A DNA stretch of 64,000 nucleotides from Acidimicrobiales bacterium (GCA_036273055.1 DATAXG010000099.1:1503-65502), one strand, 5' to 3'. Shown: positions 1 through 9,605, counted from the first letter of the stretch. Made by a program: numbers and translations. The notes: generated by a model from the letters alone, not told the origin.

Positions 1-1066
1 TGGCCACAAGGGCTTTCATCGGACCCCGACGCGAGGCGACGCGCCGGTACTTGGCCGAGAAATAGGTGTCCTTGGATCGAGACGCGGAGAGCGCCGCCAC
101 GCCAAGCGCTCCCTTGAGGTAGGGGTTGCCAGGCCGGGTGTTGGTCGACTTGACCCGTCCCGCCGACTCGTTGGAGCCCGGGCACGTCCCGGCCCACGAG
201 GCCAGGTGGCCCGCCGTCGGGAACCGGCTCATGTCCGCACCGGTTTCGGCGATGATCACGTCCGCCACACCGCTCGAGATTCCCGGGATCGTGACCATCA
301 GGTCCCGGGCGCTGCGAAAGGGAGCGATCACCACCTCGATCCGGGCTGTCAGCTCGTCGATGGCTCGGGTGTTGTGGTCGATGAGGTCGAGATGGACCTT
401 GACCAAGAACGCGTGGTGTTCGCTGAAACGCCCGGTCAGGGCCTCGGTCAGCTCGGGGATCTTGGACCGCATCCGTCGCTTGGCCATATCGGCCAAGACT
501 TGGGGGGAACGCTCCCCGGCCACCAGCGCCTCAAGCATCGCGCGCCCCGAGACCCCTGTGATGTCCGAGCCCACGGCGGCCAGCTTGATGCCGGCGTCCT
601 CGAGGAGTTTCTCGAGGCGCTGGATCTCGCGGGCCCGTTGACGGGTGATGGTCGTGCGGGCCCGGGTCAGGTCGCGCAGCTGGCGGATGGGTTCGGGAGG
701 GACGAAGGACCCCCGCACCAATCCGTGAGCCCCGAGCTGGGCCAGCCAGGCGGCGTCGGAGACGTCGCTCTTTCGCCCCGGGAGGTTCTTCACGTGGCGG
801 GCGTTGACAAGCATCACCTCGAAGGGCCCGTCATCGAGCAGGTAGTAGAACGGCTTCCAGTAGTCACTCGTCGCCTCCATCACCACGAGGGTGACTTCTT
901 CGGCGATCAGCTGGTCGCGCAGGGCCAGGATCCGGTTGGTCACCGCCCCCCACGTCGTCACCGTTGAGGTGGCGCGGGCTCGTCCCGGCGCTTGGATTCG
1001 GACGCAGACCTTGACGTCTCGTTTGGAGACATCGAGACCAGCGCATCGCGGATGCACCACATCCAT
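1..1066 (-). mobile_element. IS110-family transposase/recombinase gene (3' end runs off the window edge)
   Basis: Absent from the ORF track because it is open at the edge. Hand translation of the minus strand from ATG 1066..1064 gives MDVVHPRCAGLDVSKRDVKVCVRIQAPGRARATST... (IS110 DEDD-type N-terminus). Near the edge it reads ...ADMSRFPTAGHLASWAGTCPGSNESAGRVKSTNTRPGNPYLKGALGVAA... (Transposase_20-type C-domain). A GGAAGGAG Shine-Dalgarno lies 7 nt upstream of the ATG. Confidence 0.85.
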
Positions 1067-1693
1067 GTCGCTGCTCCTTCCCCATACTGTCGGGTCACTA
1101 TCAGGTGTCCGGCCCGGGGAGGCCGAGAAAACTGCGTAAGTCTGATGCTCGTGCTCGAAGGCAACATTCCACGGTTCTCGTGGGAGCCCTCCACCACCAT
1201 GCTGACCTACAGGCTCAGAGGCACCACAGAGGCTTTCGGTGTCCAACCAGGCCGGACCCCTGAATCATTGCCGCCTCACCCAACCGCTGCTCGCGCACCG
1301 GGCCGACCGCCCAACTGACCCAATCTTCGCTCGCCACGGCGAGCCTGAAGTTAGGGCTCTGTGCTGCTGACCTGCAATTTTCGTTCACAAGGGTTCACAA
1401 AAATGCGCTTTTCCGACCTTCCAAGCTGATGATGCCAGTTCGATCCTGGTCGGACGCTCTCTTCGTTTGTGCAGTTCAGTGGCGCTACGACGATTCAGCT
1501 CGGGCATGGGAGACCTCCACCGCAGGCACGCCGGCAACGCACGCGCCGACCAATGTCGATCCGTCGATCGGAGGCGCTGAACCGTTGGGTCCGTTGGCCC
1601 GGACTACGGCATGGAGTCGCGGCGAGACGGCAAAGGACCGTAAGCACATCCGCGCGAGGTGGATTCATAGACGTCTGGCGATTGTGACGACCT

Positions 1694-2025
1694 TCAAGGT
1701 GGAGTGATGAGCTCGAAAACGGAATGCGCCTCGAGGTGCGCTCCACTTGGGTCGGCGGCTGGATTGTTGCACTCATAAACGGGTTCTTCTTCAGTTCCGT
1801 TGACTCGGACCAGGAGGGGCCGCGTGCCGTTCTGATCAACAGATTTAGCAGGAAGAAGCTCCTCGAGCAGGCGACCGCGGTACCCGGCCGGAAGGGTCAG
1901 GACTCCAAAACCCAGGTCGAGAACGTCCACCCTGCCGGCCCTCTCAAGGCGCCATCGCCGCCGAATTGCAGCAGGAAGACTCATTTGCCTGATGACGAGA
2001 CCTTGAACTTCTCTGCAGTTGCCAT
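1694..2025 (-). pseudogene. SpoVT/AbrB-type (antitoxin-like) DNA-binding protein gene, split by a 1-nt frameshift
   Basis: AGGAGG SD plus ATG at 2025 opens MATAEKFKVSSSGK and then hits TGA. Track ORF 1694..1984 in the adjacent frame continues MSLPAAIRRRWRLERAGRVDVLDLGFGVLTLP. Joined, they read KVSSSG(Q)MSLPAAIRRRW, the AbrB swapped-hairpin signature. Confidence 0.6.
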
Positions 2026-2321
2026 CGTGAGACCTCCTACTTGGTACCTCTACCCTTTCACCGAGTATCGACCCCGCCTGTGTTCCCTACGTCACCCAGC
2101 CAAAGACGACTGAGGCAGTGCCAGCCACCGAATGAACATCATCCGCAGGCGCCGATGAGTACGACGCAGACTGAAGAGTGATCAGTAGGGCGCTACGACG
2201 GCCAGCTTCCTGACGATTGAACCGGACATCGCGAAGCCAGCCAGCCCTATGCATTCACGGGCGACGACTCTTTGAACGCTAGGTGTGGGATCCACCCGGA
2301 TGGCACCGATGCTGGCCGGTG

Positions 2322-2828
2322 TCACGAAGGAAGAGCGCCGTAGGCGCCGAGGGTTTGAAAGCTCACCAGACAGCGGTGCGGCGAACTGAGACCTGGTATC
2401 CGCTCAACCGTCGTCGCCAGATGCCAGGAGGTCTGGCCGACCGAGACTCCCTCGAGCGTTTCGCCAACCGGCACCTTGAGCGATCGTTTCCCGAAGACCC
2501 TCCCGGAGGCTACGACCGTCAACTGCAACTGCATGGCACCCACCTGCTGTCCTTCAGCATCGATCGGGAGAGTCGCCGGAGGGCTGAACGCGCCCTTGGC
2601 CATCACTCGGGTTCCGTCAGCGCTCAGCGTGCAGATGCTGGAGTGAACGAGCTGGCTGCCACCCACGAGCGAGACCGGAAGAGTTCTCCCCGGCGAGGTC
2701 GAAAACACCGAGCAGGCAGTACTACCCAGGGCCACCAGGACCAACCCCGCGGCAAGAGCAGTCCGTACCGAACGAGCGGCGGAACGAACCGCGCCTCTGC
2801 ATGGAGCCTGCCCAGGCCCTTTGGCCAT
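2322..2828 (-). CDS. hypothetical secreted protein/lipoprotein
   Basis: 168-aa ORF. The N-terminus ...RTALAAGLVLVALGSTACSVF resembles a signal peptide with a lipobox-like Cys. No recognisable family. Confidence 0.45.
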   Translation of the reverse strand: MAKGPGQAPCRGAVRSAARSVRTALAAGLVLVALGSTACSVFSTSPGRTLPVSLVGGSQLVHSSICTLSADGTRVMAKGAFSPPATLPIDAEGQQVGAMQLQLTVVASGRVFGKRSLKVPVGETLEGVSVGQTSWHLATTVERIPGLSSPHRCLVSFQTLGAYGALPS

Positions 2829-2891
2829 GCCACATCATGCCCCATGAGCGGTCACGGAGACTCCCCCTCGAACCGCGGGATGTGTGACCCC

Positions 2892-3863
2892 TCAAGAATC
2901 GTGCACGGTGATACTCGTCAGCGCCCGCTCCGCCTCGCGGACAAGTTCCCCGACCAGGTCTCGAGCGGATGGCACGGTCGAGATGAGATCGATGGCCTCG
3001 CTGGCCCATACCGGCGTGACCGCTCTGTCACCTCTTGCTGCGGCCTCCTGATACTCCGCCTTGGCTTCCTCGCTGGCCTCGAGCTCTCCTTCCTTCCCGC
3101 TCCAGCGGTCGAGGAAGGCATTGCGCAGCGTTCGAGCTGGATAGCGTGCCGGCCACGGAGCACCCCGGGCAATGTCAAGCACCCGGCTTCGCTCAGTGTC
3201 CTCGCCCGAACCTTCGACGATCGCCGCAATCGTTTCGGCATCAACCAATGCCTCGAGTGTGACTTGGAATCTCGTCCCGACGAGAGCTCCGGTTGCCCCG
3301 AGCACCAGCGCGGCCGCAAGCCCGCGACCATCGGCGATTCCTCCCGCGGCGAGGACAGGCTTGGGGGCGGCGAGGTCTACAACTACCGGCACGAACGGCA
3401 GGGTGGCCCTCTTTCTGCCGCTGTGCCCTCCTGCCTCGGTTCCTTGGGCCACGAGGACATCGGCCCCCACCTCGAGAGCCTGCTCCGCCTCGTGGAGGTC
3501 GGTGACTTGGACGATCAGCGGAATGCCGGCATTGAGCACGGACGCGGCCAGAGGTCGGGGGTCTCCGAAGGAAAGCATCACGGCGTGTGGTCCAAACTCA
3601 AGCGCCCGTTCAATCGTGGCAACGTCCACAGACCAGGACTGGAATCCGAGGCCCCACGGCTTGTCCGTGCGAACTCGCACGATGCCGAGCTCCCGGTTCA
3701 ACCACTCTGGATCCTCTCTGACGCACCCCACCAGACCGAGCCCACCGCCGTTGGAGACTGCTGCCGCCAGCTCGCCGCCGGCAGATCCGCCCATGGGCGC
3801 CAGGGCGATCGGGCTCTGAACGGAGAAGAGCTCGGTGAACGCGGTGGACAGCACCTCCCCCAT
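2892..3863 (-). CDS. nitronate monooxygenase (NMO / 2-nitropropane dioxygenase family, FMN-dependent)
   Basis: 323 aa with IALAPMGGSAGGELAAAVSNGGGLG, VLVAQGTEAGGH and LAAGGIADGRGLAAALVLGA motifs typical of the NMO TIM-barrel family. Confidence 0.8.
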   Translation of the reverse strand: MGEVLSTAFTELFSVQSPIALAPMGGSAGGELAAAVSNGGGLGLVGCVREDPEWLNRELGIVRVRTDKPWGLGFQSWSVDVATIERALEFGPHAVMLSFGDPRPLAASVLNAGIPLIVQVTDLHEAEQALEVGADVLVAQGTEAGGHSGRKRATLPFVPVVVDLAAPKPVLAAGGIADGRGLAAALVLGATGALVGTRFQVTLEALVDAETIAAIVEGSGEDTERSRVLDIARGAPWPARYPARTLRNAFLDRWSGKEGELEASEEAKAEYQEAAARGDRAVTPVWASEAIDLISTVPSARDLVGELVREAERALTSITVHDS

Positions 3864-3975
3864 GGTGGCAGACGTGGGTCGGCAATGGGCAGTTTGCGGT
3901 GCCCCTCACTGATCCCTCTGAGCAATCCGCTTGGCAGTTGAATACCCGCCCCGAAGTCGGGTCGAGGCGCAGCTG

Positions 3976-4647
3976 CTACCCATCATGGGACTTTGTGCGT
4001 CGAGCAATCACGAAGGCCTGGGCGCTCGATTCATGCTCCAGTTCCGGTTCACGGATTGCGCTGGCATACACCTGAAGCCCGGCATCACCCAGCCTGCGGG
4101 TCACATCGTCCACGCGGTGTCTATAAGCGGTTATGAAGGTTCCGATGCCCAGAGTCTCACCCTGCTGCACGGTCTCGCCGTCGCCTGCCTGGAAAGCGAC
4201 CAGGAGATACCCTGCGGCATCAAGGACCCGCGCGAGCTCGGCAAAGGCCTTCCCGAGAAGATGCGGAGGGGTGTAGATGATTGAGTACCAACAGACAACA
4301 CCGCCGAGCGCTCCGTCATCGAAGGGAAGTTCGTCGAGCTGGCCCGCTTCAAAGTGAATATCGGGATGAGCGCTTCGGGCTATCTCGAGTATCGCGGGCG
4401 AAACGTCGACACCGACGACGTCAAGGTCGCGCGCGGCCATGAAGGCTGCCGCTCGGCCGGGGCCGCACCCAACGTCGGCGACGCGCCTGAAGCCCTTCAC
4501 CTTGATCAGTTCCATGAAGGCCAAGAGCAATGACCGGTCGACTGGGCCTTCGGTCGCCGGGCTGATCTCGCTGCCAGTGAACTGCGCGTATCTCTCAGCT
4601 GATGCGTCGTAGAAGGAGCGAGCGGCTTGTATGTGATCCTCACCCAC
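3976..4647 (-). CDS. class I SAM-dependent methyltransferase
   Basis: 223 aa with motif I VADVGCGPGRAA followed by DVVGVDVSPAILEIAR and GGVVCWYSIIY. Confidence 0.8.
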   Translation of the reverse strand: MGEDHIQAARSFYDASAERYAQFTGSEISPATEGPVDRSLLLAFMELIKVKGFRRVADVGCGPGRAAAFMAARDLDVVGVDVSPAILEIARSAHPDIHFEAGQLDELPFDDGALGGVVCWYSIIYTPPHLLGKAFAELARVLDAAGYLLVAFQAGDGETVQQGETLGIGTFITAYRHRVDDVTRRLGDAGLQVYASAIREPELEHESSAQAFVIARRTKSHDG

Positions 4648-4700
4648 ACTCTGAGCCTACGTGGCGCACACGAGATCGGCCCTTCACAAGGGGCCAGGCG

Positions 4701-5486
4701 ATGATTCCCCCGCCGCACGCGAGGTACGCGGAACTCCGCGAAGATGTGCCCTGTGGGATGGGAGGCACTCGCGCAATAGGGCGACGACGTTGCGCGCATC
4801 GAACCGCTCGCTGGCGGAGTCGCCAACGACGTGTGGAGCGTGCGCGTCAACGGGCGCCTCGCGGTCGGTCGACTCGGCGCCAGGAGCGACGCTGATCTCG
4901 CGTGGGAGACCGCGCTTCTCCAACACCTCGACCGTGAAGGTCTGACCGTCCCTCTGCCCATCCCCACGATGGAGGGACGGGTCTTCGCGGACGGCCTGGG
5001 TTGATGGAGTACATGGAGGGGGGGCCGCCCGAAACGGAGGCCGACTGGCGTCGCGTGGCCGGGACGCTCCGCCAGTTGCATCAGTTGACGCAGCACTGGC
5101 CACAGCGTCCCGGCTGGCGATCGTCGACTGATCTCCTGCACGCCGAGACAGGGACAAAGATCGACCTCCGCGCAATGCCGCCCGAGGGCGTTGCTCGATG
5201 CCGCGCAGCGTGGGCCCGCCTCACGGGACGTGAGACATGCGTCGTCCACGGTGACCCCAACAATTCTGGCAATGTCCGCATCACGGCGGACCGGGTCGCA
5301 CTGATCGACTGGGACGAGTCCCACGTCGACGTCCCGGACCTCGACCTGGTACTCCCACACAACGCCGCGGATCTCGACGATGGCACGCACGACACCGCGG
5401 CGCAGGCGTCAGCCGCATGGGAAGCCGCCGTCTGCTGGAACGACGAGTACGCCGTCAAGCGGCTTGCCGAAGTTCGATCGGTCTGA
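4701..5486 (+). pseudogene. aminoglycoside/choline-kinase-like phosphotransferase (APH family), frameshifted
   Basis: The C-terminal part (track ORF 5001..5486) has VVHGDPNNSGNVRI...ALIDWDES (catalytic and Mg-binding loops). The N-terminal lobe IEPLAGGVANDVWSVRVNGRLAVGRLG...LLQHLDREGLTVPLPIPTMEGRVFADGLG is in the +1 frame (4780..5001) and ends at TGA 5002..5004. That frame has no start codon after TAG 4777..4779. ATG 4701 is in the same frame as the C-terminal part, so two shifts are implied. Confidence 0.55.
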
Positions 5487-5565
5487 GGAAGGCGACAATC
5501 CCACACGATACCGACCACCAGCAGACATCGCCCAGCGTCCAACGTCGGCGGGCGGTGTTCACGGA

Positions 5566-6027
5566 CTAAGTATCGAGCTCGGTGAGGACCTCTCCGATTA
5601 TTTTGGTGGCCTGATGTGCCGGGAGTGGCTCGCCGCCTTCCACCTCGGCGACCTCCACGGCAAAATCCTCGACCGAGTGGACGCCGCCGACCAGGACGTG
5701 GCGCAAGGCCTCGCCGCTCGCCGCTGGATCGTCGATCGCCTCGATTGCCGCGCTCACATCGTGTTTTGGTGACTCCGCCATGGCATGGACGAGCGCCATG
5801 GCCTGCTGGCGCCCACCCGGCGTGGACACCGCCGGCTCGCGGTCGGGGTTCTGTTGCAGGTCCCACTCGACCAAGGCCTCGTCATAGCCGCCCTCTCCGG
5901 GGTGAAGGACCCGAGTGGTGTCCGCGAGTGCCGTCAGCTCATCGCCTGTTTCGTCATCCTCATCGTGATGGCGCTCTTGGCGTACGGGAACGACCAGGGT
6001 GCCGTCTTCGTTGCGAACGATCGTCAT
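5566..6027 (-). CDS. hypothetical acidic protein
   Basis: Track ORF 5566..6093. Internal ATG at 6027 (MTIVRNEDGTLVV...) is preceded by AGGAGAG. No family recognised. Confidence 0.5.
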   Translation of the reverse strand: MTIVRNEDGTLVVPVRQERHHDEDDETGDELTALADTTRVLHPGEGGYDEALVEWDLQQNPDREPAVSTPGGRQQAMALVHAMAESPKHDVSAAIEAIDDPAASGEALRHVLVGGVHSVEDFAVEVAEVEGGEPLPAHQATKIIGEVLTELDT

Positions 6028-6234
6028 GGCTGCTCTCTCCTCGGCGGACGCCGCATGGGTCCGCGCGTCAACCTCTATACCCAAGAAGGGCAATGCACAT
6101 GACTCCGGAAGTCGGCCACCGGGCGATGGCCCTCACGTATCCCAATAGCGGTTGCGCTCTCCGGATCGAGCGATTGGGCTGGGGTTAAACGAAGGCCTTG
6201 TGGCGTCAGACCTCGCCCTCATATCGTCGCTACC

Positions 6235-6696
6235 GTGACTTCTCGTCAGCGGCGGTTGCTGCAACGGAGTTGTGTGTCGGTGACCCTCGTTGCTCTGGCG
6301 GCCCTCTTCGTGATGGTGCACCAAGAGGACCAGCCGATGAGCGTGCGGGCCCAGACCGTGCGTGACGCCGCGGCCGACTTGTCGCCCACAACCTCAGCGC
6401 CCAGCACCACCACGACAGCGATACCGGCAGCCCCGCCGACCACGACAAGCTCGACGACCGCTTCTCCCAAGAGGACGGCAACGACTACGGCGCCCCCCAA
6501 AACCAAGTCGTCGAAAGTCTCGACATTGCCCGACTCAGCCGTATTGCCTGCGTCGACCACGACCACGACAACGCAGCCGCTGGTGACGACCACGACTGGA
6601 CCGACCACCACGACAACAACGCCGCCGACGCCGACATCAGAACCAACGACGACGGCGCCGACAACGACGACCACGACGTCGCTTCTGGGTTTGTAA
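6235..6696 (+). CDS. membrane-anchored Thr/Pro-rich (mucin-like) low-complexity protein
   Basis: 153 aa. N-terminal basic stretch plus hydrophobic helix (VSVTLVALAALFVMV), then runs such as STTTTAIPAAPPTTTSSTT and TTTTTQPLVTTTTGPTTTTTTPPTPTSEPTTTAPTTTTTT. The opposite-strand Val/Gly ORF 6246..6674 is its mirror image. Confidence 0.5.
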   Translation: MTSRQRRLLQRSCVSVTLVALAALFVMVHQEDQPMSVRAQTVRDAAADLSPTTSAPSTTTTAIPAAPPTTTSSTTASPKRTATTTAPPKTKSSKVSTLPDSAVLPASTTTTTTQPLVTTTTGPTTTTTTPPTPTSEPTTTAPTTTTTTSLLGL

Positions 6697-6933
6697 TCGA
6701 CGAATTATTGGCTCGCCGCCAGTGATTTCAAAGTCAGCTGGTCAGGCTGGGGTCTGGCAGGAGCACCGTCCACGAAGGACCGGCGACAGATGGTAAGGGC
6801 GATGTGCTCTCGGCCGGGCTGGCGGAACACCCTGCAGCGCTCGACAACGCCATCTGCGCTGATCCGCACCCCTGCCCGGACCGAAAGAGGCTCAATCTCT
6901 TCAGATCCGGCAGAGGAAGGCCGATAATTCGCC

Positions 6934-8451
6934 GTGAGCGTTGGCTCGCTGGAATCGGACCTGGTCTCACCCGAGACACCGCCCGCGCCCGAAAAGAGCC
7001 GAGGGACCATCAGCCTGGTGGGCAGCGCAGCGCTGGGTGCGATCGGCTCCTGCTTCCTGGCGCTGGCCAGCGACCTCCCCGCTTCGCCCTATGGACCGCA
7101 CGCCGGCGGCATCTGGCCCCTGGCGGCCACCGGTCGCGCTCCCGGTTGGGAGGGTCCAGCCGTGCCGTCCTGGGCCGGCCCGGCCAACAGCGGACCCGGA
7201 ATCACCCCGGGGCACCTGCTGGCCCTGGCGGCAGCTGTCGCCGGACTTGTGTTGTTGGGTCTCGCCTGGCTCAGTCTCTGGCGCGCCGTTCGATCGGATG
7301 CGACCCTGCAGTGGCGCCGCCTGTGGTGGGTCGTGGCCGCATGGACCGTCCCCCTGTTGCTGGCCGCTCCGTTCGCCAGCCAGGACGTGTGGGTCTATGT
7401 GGCCCAGGGGAAGTTGGTGGTGTCCGGACTCGGCGCCGCCAACCCGGTGCATCTCCTCGGGCGCCACTCGCCGTGGGTGTCGGCCGTCGATCCCAGGTAT
7501 CTCACCGGCCCGTCGATCTACGGGCCCGGGGCCGTCGATCTCTCCGCGCTGTTCGCCAAGGGCGCGGGCGGGCACCCGTGGATCGCCGTCGAGGCATGGC
7601 GCGTGGCCGTGATCGCCAGTCTGGGCCTATGCGCGTGGGGCGTCGCCCGAGCGGCCGCCGTTCGCGGCATCAACCCCGCCGAAGCGGTGGTCGCGGGCGT
7701 GACGAATCCCGCGGTGCTCCTCGTCTTCGTCGCCGGCATCCACAACGACGCCCTGATGATCAGTCTCATCGTGGCCGGGGTCGGCCTCGCGCTTGCCGGG
7801 CGACCGTGGTGGGCGCTGTCCCTGGCCGCGCTGGCGGTGACCGTCAAAGCGCCGGCCGCGCTCGCCGTGCTGGCGATCGCCTGGTGGTGCTGGAGAGGTT
7901 CGTGGCATCGCCGCCTCGCGTCTCTCGTGGGCGGGCTCGCGCTGACCCTCGGTGCACTCCTCGTCGCCGGCCTCGCCTGCGGTGGCGACGGCTTCAGTTG
8001 GTTGCGCTCCGCCTCCCAGGCCACCGTGGCCAGTTCGTTCTCACTGCTGAACCTGGCGGGGTCTACATCGTCGACCCTCGCCAACGCCATCCAGCTCGGT
8101 GGCATCGTCATGGCTCTTGCCATCGTCATTCTTCTCCCGCGGCGAGCCAGCTGGGTCGGAGCCCTCGCCCTGGGTTTCGGCGTGATGGCCGTCTGCGCCA
8201 CCAACCCACAGCCGTGGTATGTCCTGTGGGCGCTGCCACTGCTGGCCTGCACTGGCTGCGAGGCCCGGCTCCGCCACGCCGCCATCTGCATCCTGTGCGC
8301 CATGGCGGCCTGGAGTGTGCTCCCGTTGGGCAACGTCGTCTGGTTCGCCGGGCTCGCCGGGCTGACGTGGACATTGGCCCGCTGGGAGCACCAGCGACAA
8401 GACATCCGATCGCCTGCCGGCGACGCCATCGCTGCTCGCCAGGCCTCGTAG
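6934..8451 (+). CDS. polytopic GT-C type glycosyltransferase, MptB-like alpha-1,6-mannosyltransferase (DUF2029/GT87-like)
   Basis: 505 aa with many TM helices. The first loop has SQDVWVYVAQGKLVVSGLGAANP...VDPRYLTGPSIYGPG, resembling the polyprenol-phosphate-mannose-dependent mannosyltransferase family. Confidence 0.65.
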   Translation: MSVGSLESDLVSPETPPAPEKSRGTISLVGSAALGAIGSCFLALASDLPASPYGPHAGGIWPLAATGRAPGWEGPAVPSWAGPANSGPGITPGHLLALAAAVAGLVLLGLAWLSLWRAVRSDATLQWRRLWWVVAAWTVPLLLAAPFASQDVWVYVAQGKLVVSGLGAANPVHLLGRHSPWVSAVDPRYLTGPSIYGPGAVDLSALFAKGAGGHPWIAVEAWRVAVIASLGLCAWGVARAAAVRGINPAEAVVAGVTNPAVLLVFVAGIHNDALMISLIVAGVGLALAGRPWWALSLAALAVTVKAPAALAVLAIAWWCWRGSWHRRLASLVGGLALTLGALLVAGLACGGDGFSWLRSASQATVASSFSLLNLAGSTSSTLANAIQLGGIVMALAIVILLPRRASWVGALALGFGVMAVCATNPQPWYVLWALPLLACTGCEARLRHAAICILCAMAAWSVLPLGNVVWFAGLAGLTWTLARWEHQRQDIRSPAGDAIAARQAS

Positions 8452-8537
8452 GCCGATCGCCTGGGCGGCCGACCGGGCACACTCCCCCACCGAGCGGATG
8501 CTCCCTATGATCGGCGCCACTTCGAGACGGGGGATCC

Positions 8538-9605
8538 ATGACGACAGAAACCGAGACCGCCTTCACGGAATTGCTCGAGACCGTGACCGCGACCCACGCG
8601 CACATGGTCGAGCAACTCGCCGACGACCCGGAGACCCTTCTGGAGGCGCACAAGTGGGTGCTGTCCATCCTGCAGGTGGCGGCCGAGGTGAACGTGTGGG
8701 CTGACAAGGCCCGGCCCCGGTTCGTCGAGATCGTGGGGCCGTACAAGAAGTGGGGCGGCGACAACGCCGACGCGTTCTACTGCTACGCGCCCATCGACCC
8801 CACTCGGACCTACCGGGTCAAGCTCGAACCGGGCGATGCCGTGTACATGTCGCTGACCGTCTATGGCGGGCCCGACGACGGGCGCTACTCCACCCGGATC
8901 GTCGGTTCTGCCAACAGCGAGGGCGTCGAGCGGGACGCGGACGGGGCGATCCATATCGTCATCTCGCCGAACGACCCGGGTGAGCCCGGCGTCCTCTGGA
9001 TCCGCCTGGAGGACGACGCCGTTGCCGCCATCACCCGCGACTACCTCGACGATCCGCGGACGGGGCGGCGCGCCGCCTGGCACATCAGGTCCGACGACGC
9101 GCCCGAGACCTACCGCCAGGACGACGCCGACCTGGCTCGGCGCTTCCGGGCCGCCACCACATGGATCCGCGAGCAGTCGAGCATCGTGCCCATCCCACTC
9201 GGCACGCCCAACGCCATCGACCCGCCCTACCCGGTCCCGACCACCACCTTCGGCTGGGCGGCCGGCGACGCCGCCTATGCCATGGGCGCCTACGAACTGG
9301 CCGAGGACGAGGCCCTGGTCATCCGCGGGCGCTCGCCCGAGTGCGTCTTCTGGAACATGTGCCTGTGGAACCGCCTCCTCCACACCTACAACTACGACTA
9401 CGAGCGGGTGACCATCAACGGCTCCGAGGTCCAGTACGAGCCCGACGGCTCGTGGATCATCATCGTGTCCGCCCGTCGTCCGTCCCACGCCAACTGGGTC
9501 TCCACGGCCGGGCACACGTCGGGACGCATCTGGTTCCGCTGGTTCCTGCCCGCCGAGACGCCCGAGCAGCCCCAGGTGGAGGTCCTCCCGGTGGACACCG
9601 TATGA
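8538..9605 (+). CDS. DUF1214-like conserved hypothetical protein
   Basis: 355 aa. WGGDNADAFYCYAPID, YMSLTVYGG and WNMCLWN segments resemble actinobacterial DUF1214 proteins (from memory, unverified). Confidence 0.5.
   Translation: MTTETETAFTELLETVTATHAHMVEQLADDPETLLEAHKWVLSILQVAAEVNVWADKARPRFVEIVGPYKKWGGDNADAFYCYAPIDPTRTYRVKLEPGDAVYMSLTVYGGPDDGRYSTRIVGSANSEGVERDADGAIHIVISPNDPGEPGVLWIRLEDDAVAAITRDYLDDPRTGRRAAWHIRSDDAPETYRQDDADLARRFRAATTWIREQSSIVPIPLGTPNAIDPPYPVPTTTFGWAAGDAAYAMGAYELAEDEALVIRGRSPECVFWNMCLWNRLLHTYNYDYERVTINGSEVQYEPDGSWIIIVSARRPSHANWVSTAGHTSGRIWFRWFLPAETPEQPQVEVLPVDTV

Noticed and set aside
1328-1350. GC-rich hairpin (GCTCGCC-ac-GGCGAGC) as an intrinsic terminator
   Set aside because: No U-tract follows on either strand, and no gene ends immediately upstream. 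It is more likely part of the IS leader structure, as noted under findings.
1434-1458. tRNA-like T-arm (GCCAG-TTCGATC-CTGGT) followed by a 7-nt acceptor-like strand
   Set aside because: No complementary 5' acceptor strand, D-arm or anticodon arm can be folded from the upstream 60-80 nt. It is therefore not a tRNA gene. At best it is an att-site scar, and it may be chance.
2283-3941. 552-aa plus-strand ORF
   Set aside because: It lies antisense to the nitronate monooxygenase and lipoprotein genes. The Arg/Gly/Pro/Ser-rich composition is typical of GC-rich shadow frames, with no family resemblance.
6246-6674. 142-aa Val/Gly-rich minus-strand ORF
   Set aside because: It is the mirror image of the Thr/Pro-rich plus-strand ORF (ACC/ACG read as GGT/CGT on the other strand). 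The plus-strand version has a start context, an N-terminal TM anchor and a sensible composition, although neither is proven.
6804-8510. 568-aa plus-strand ORF and the 7518..8480 minus-strand ORF
   Set aside because: These are alternative and antisense frames of the GT-C mannosyltransferase gene. They are Arg/Pro-rich nonsense, whereas the 6934..8451 frame gives a coherent polytopic membrane protein.
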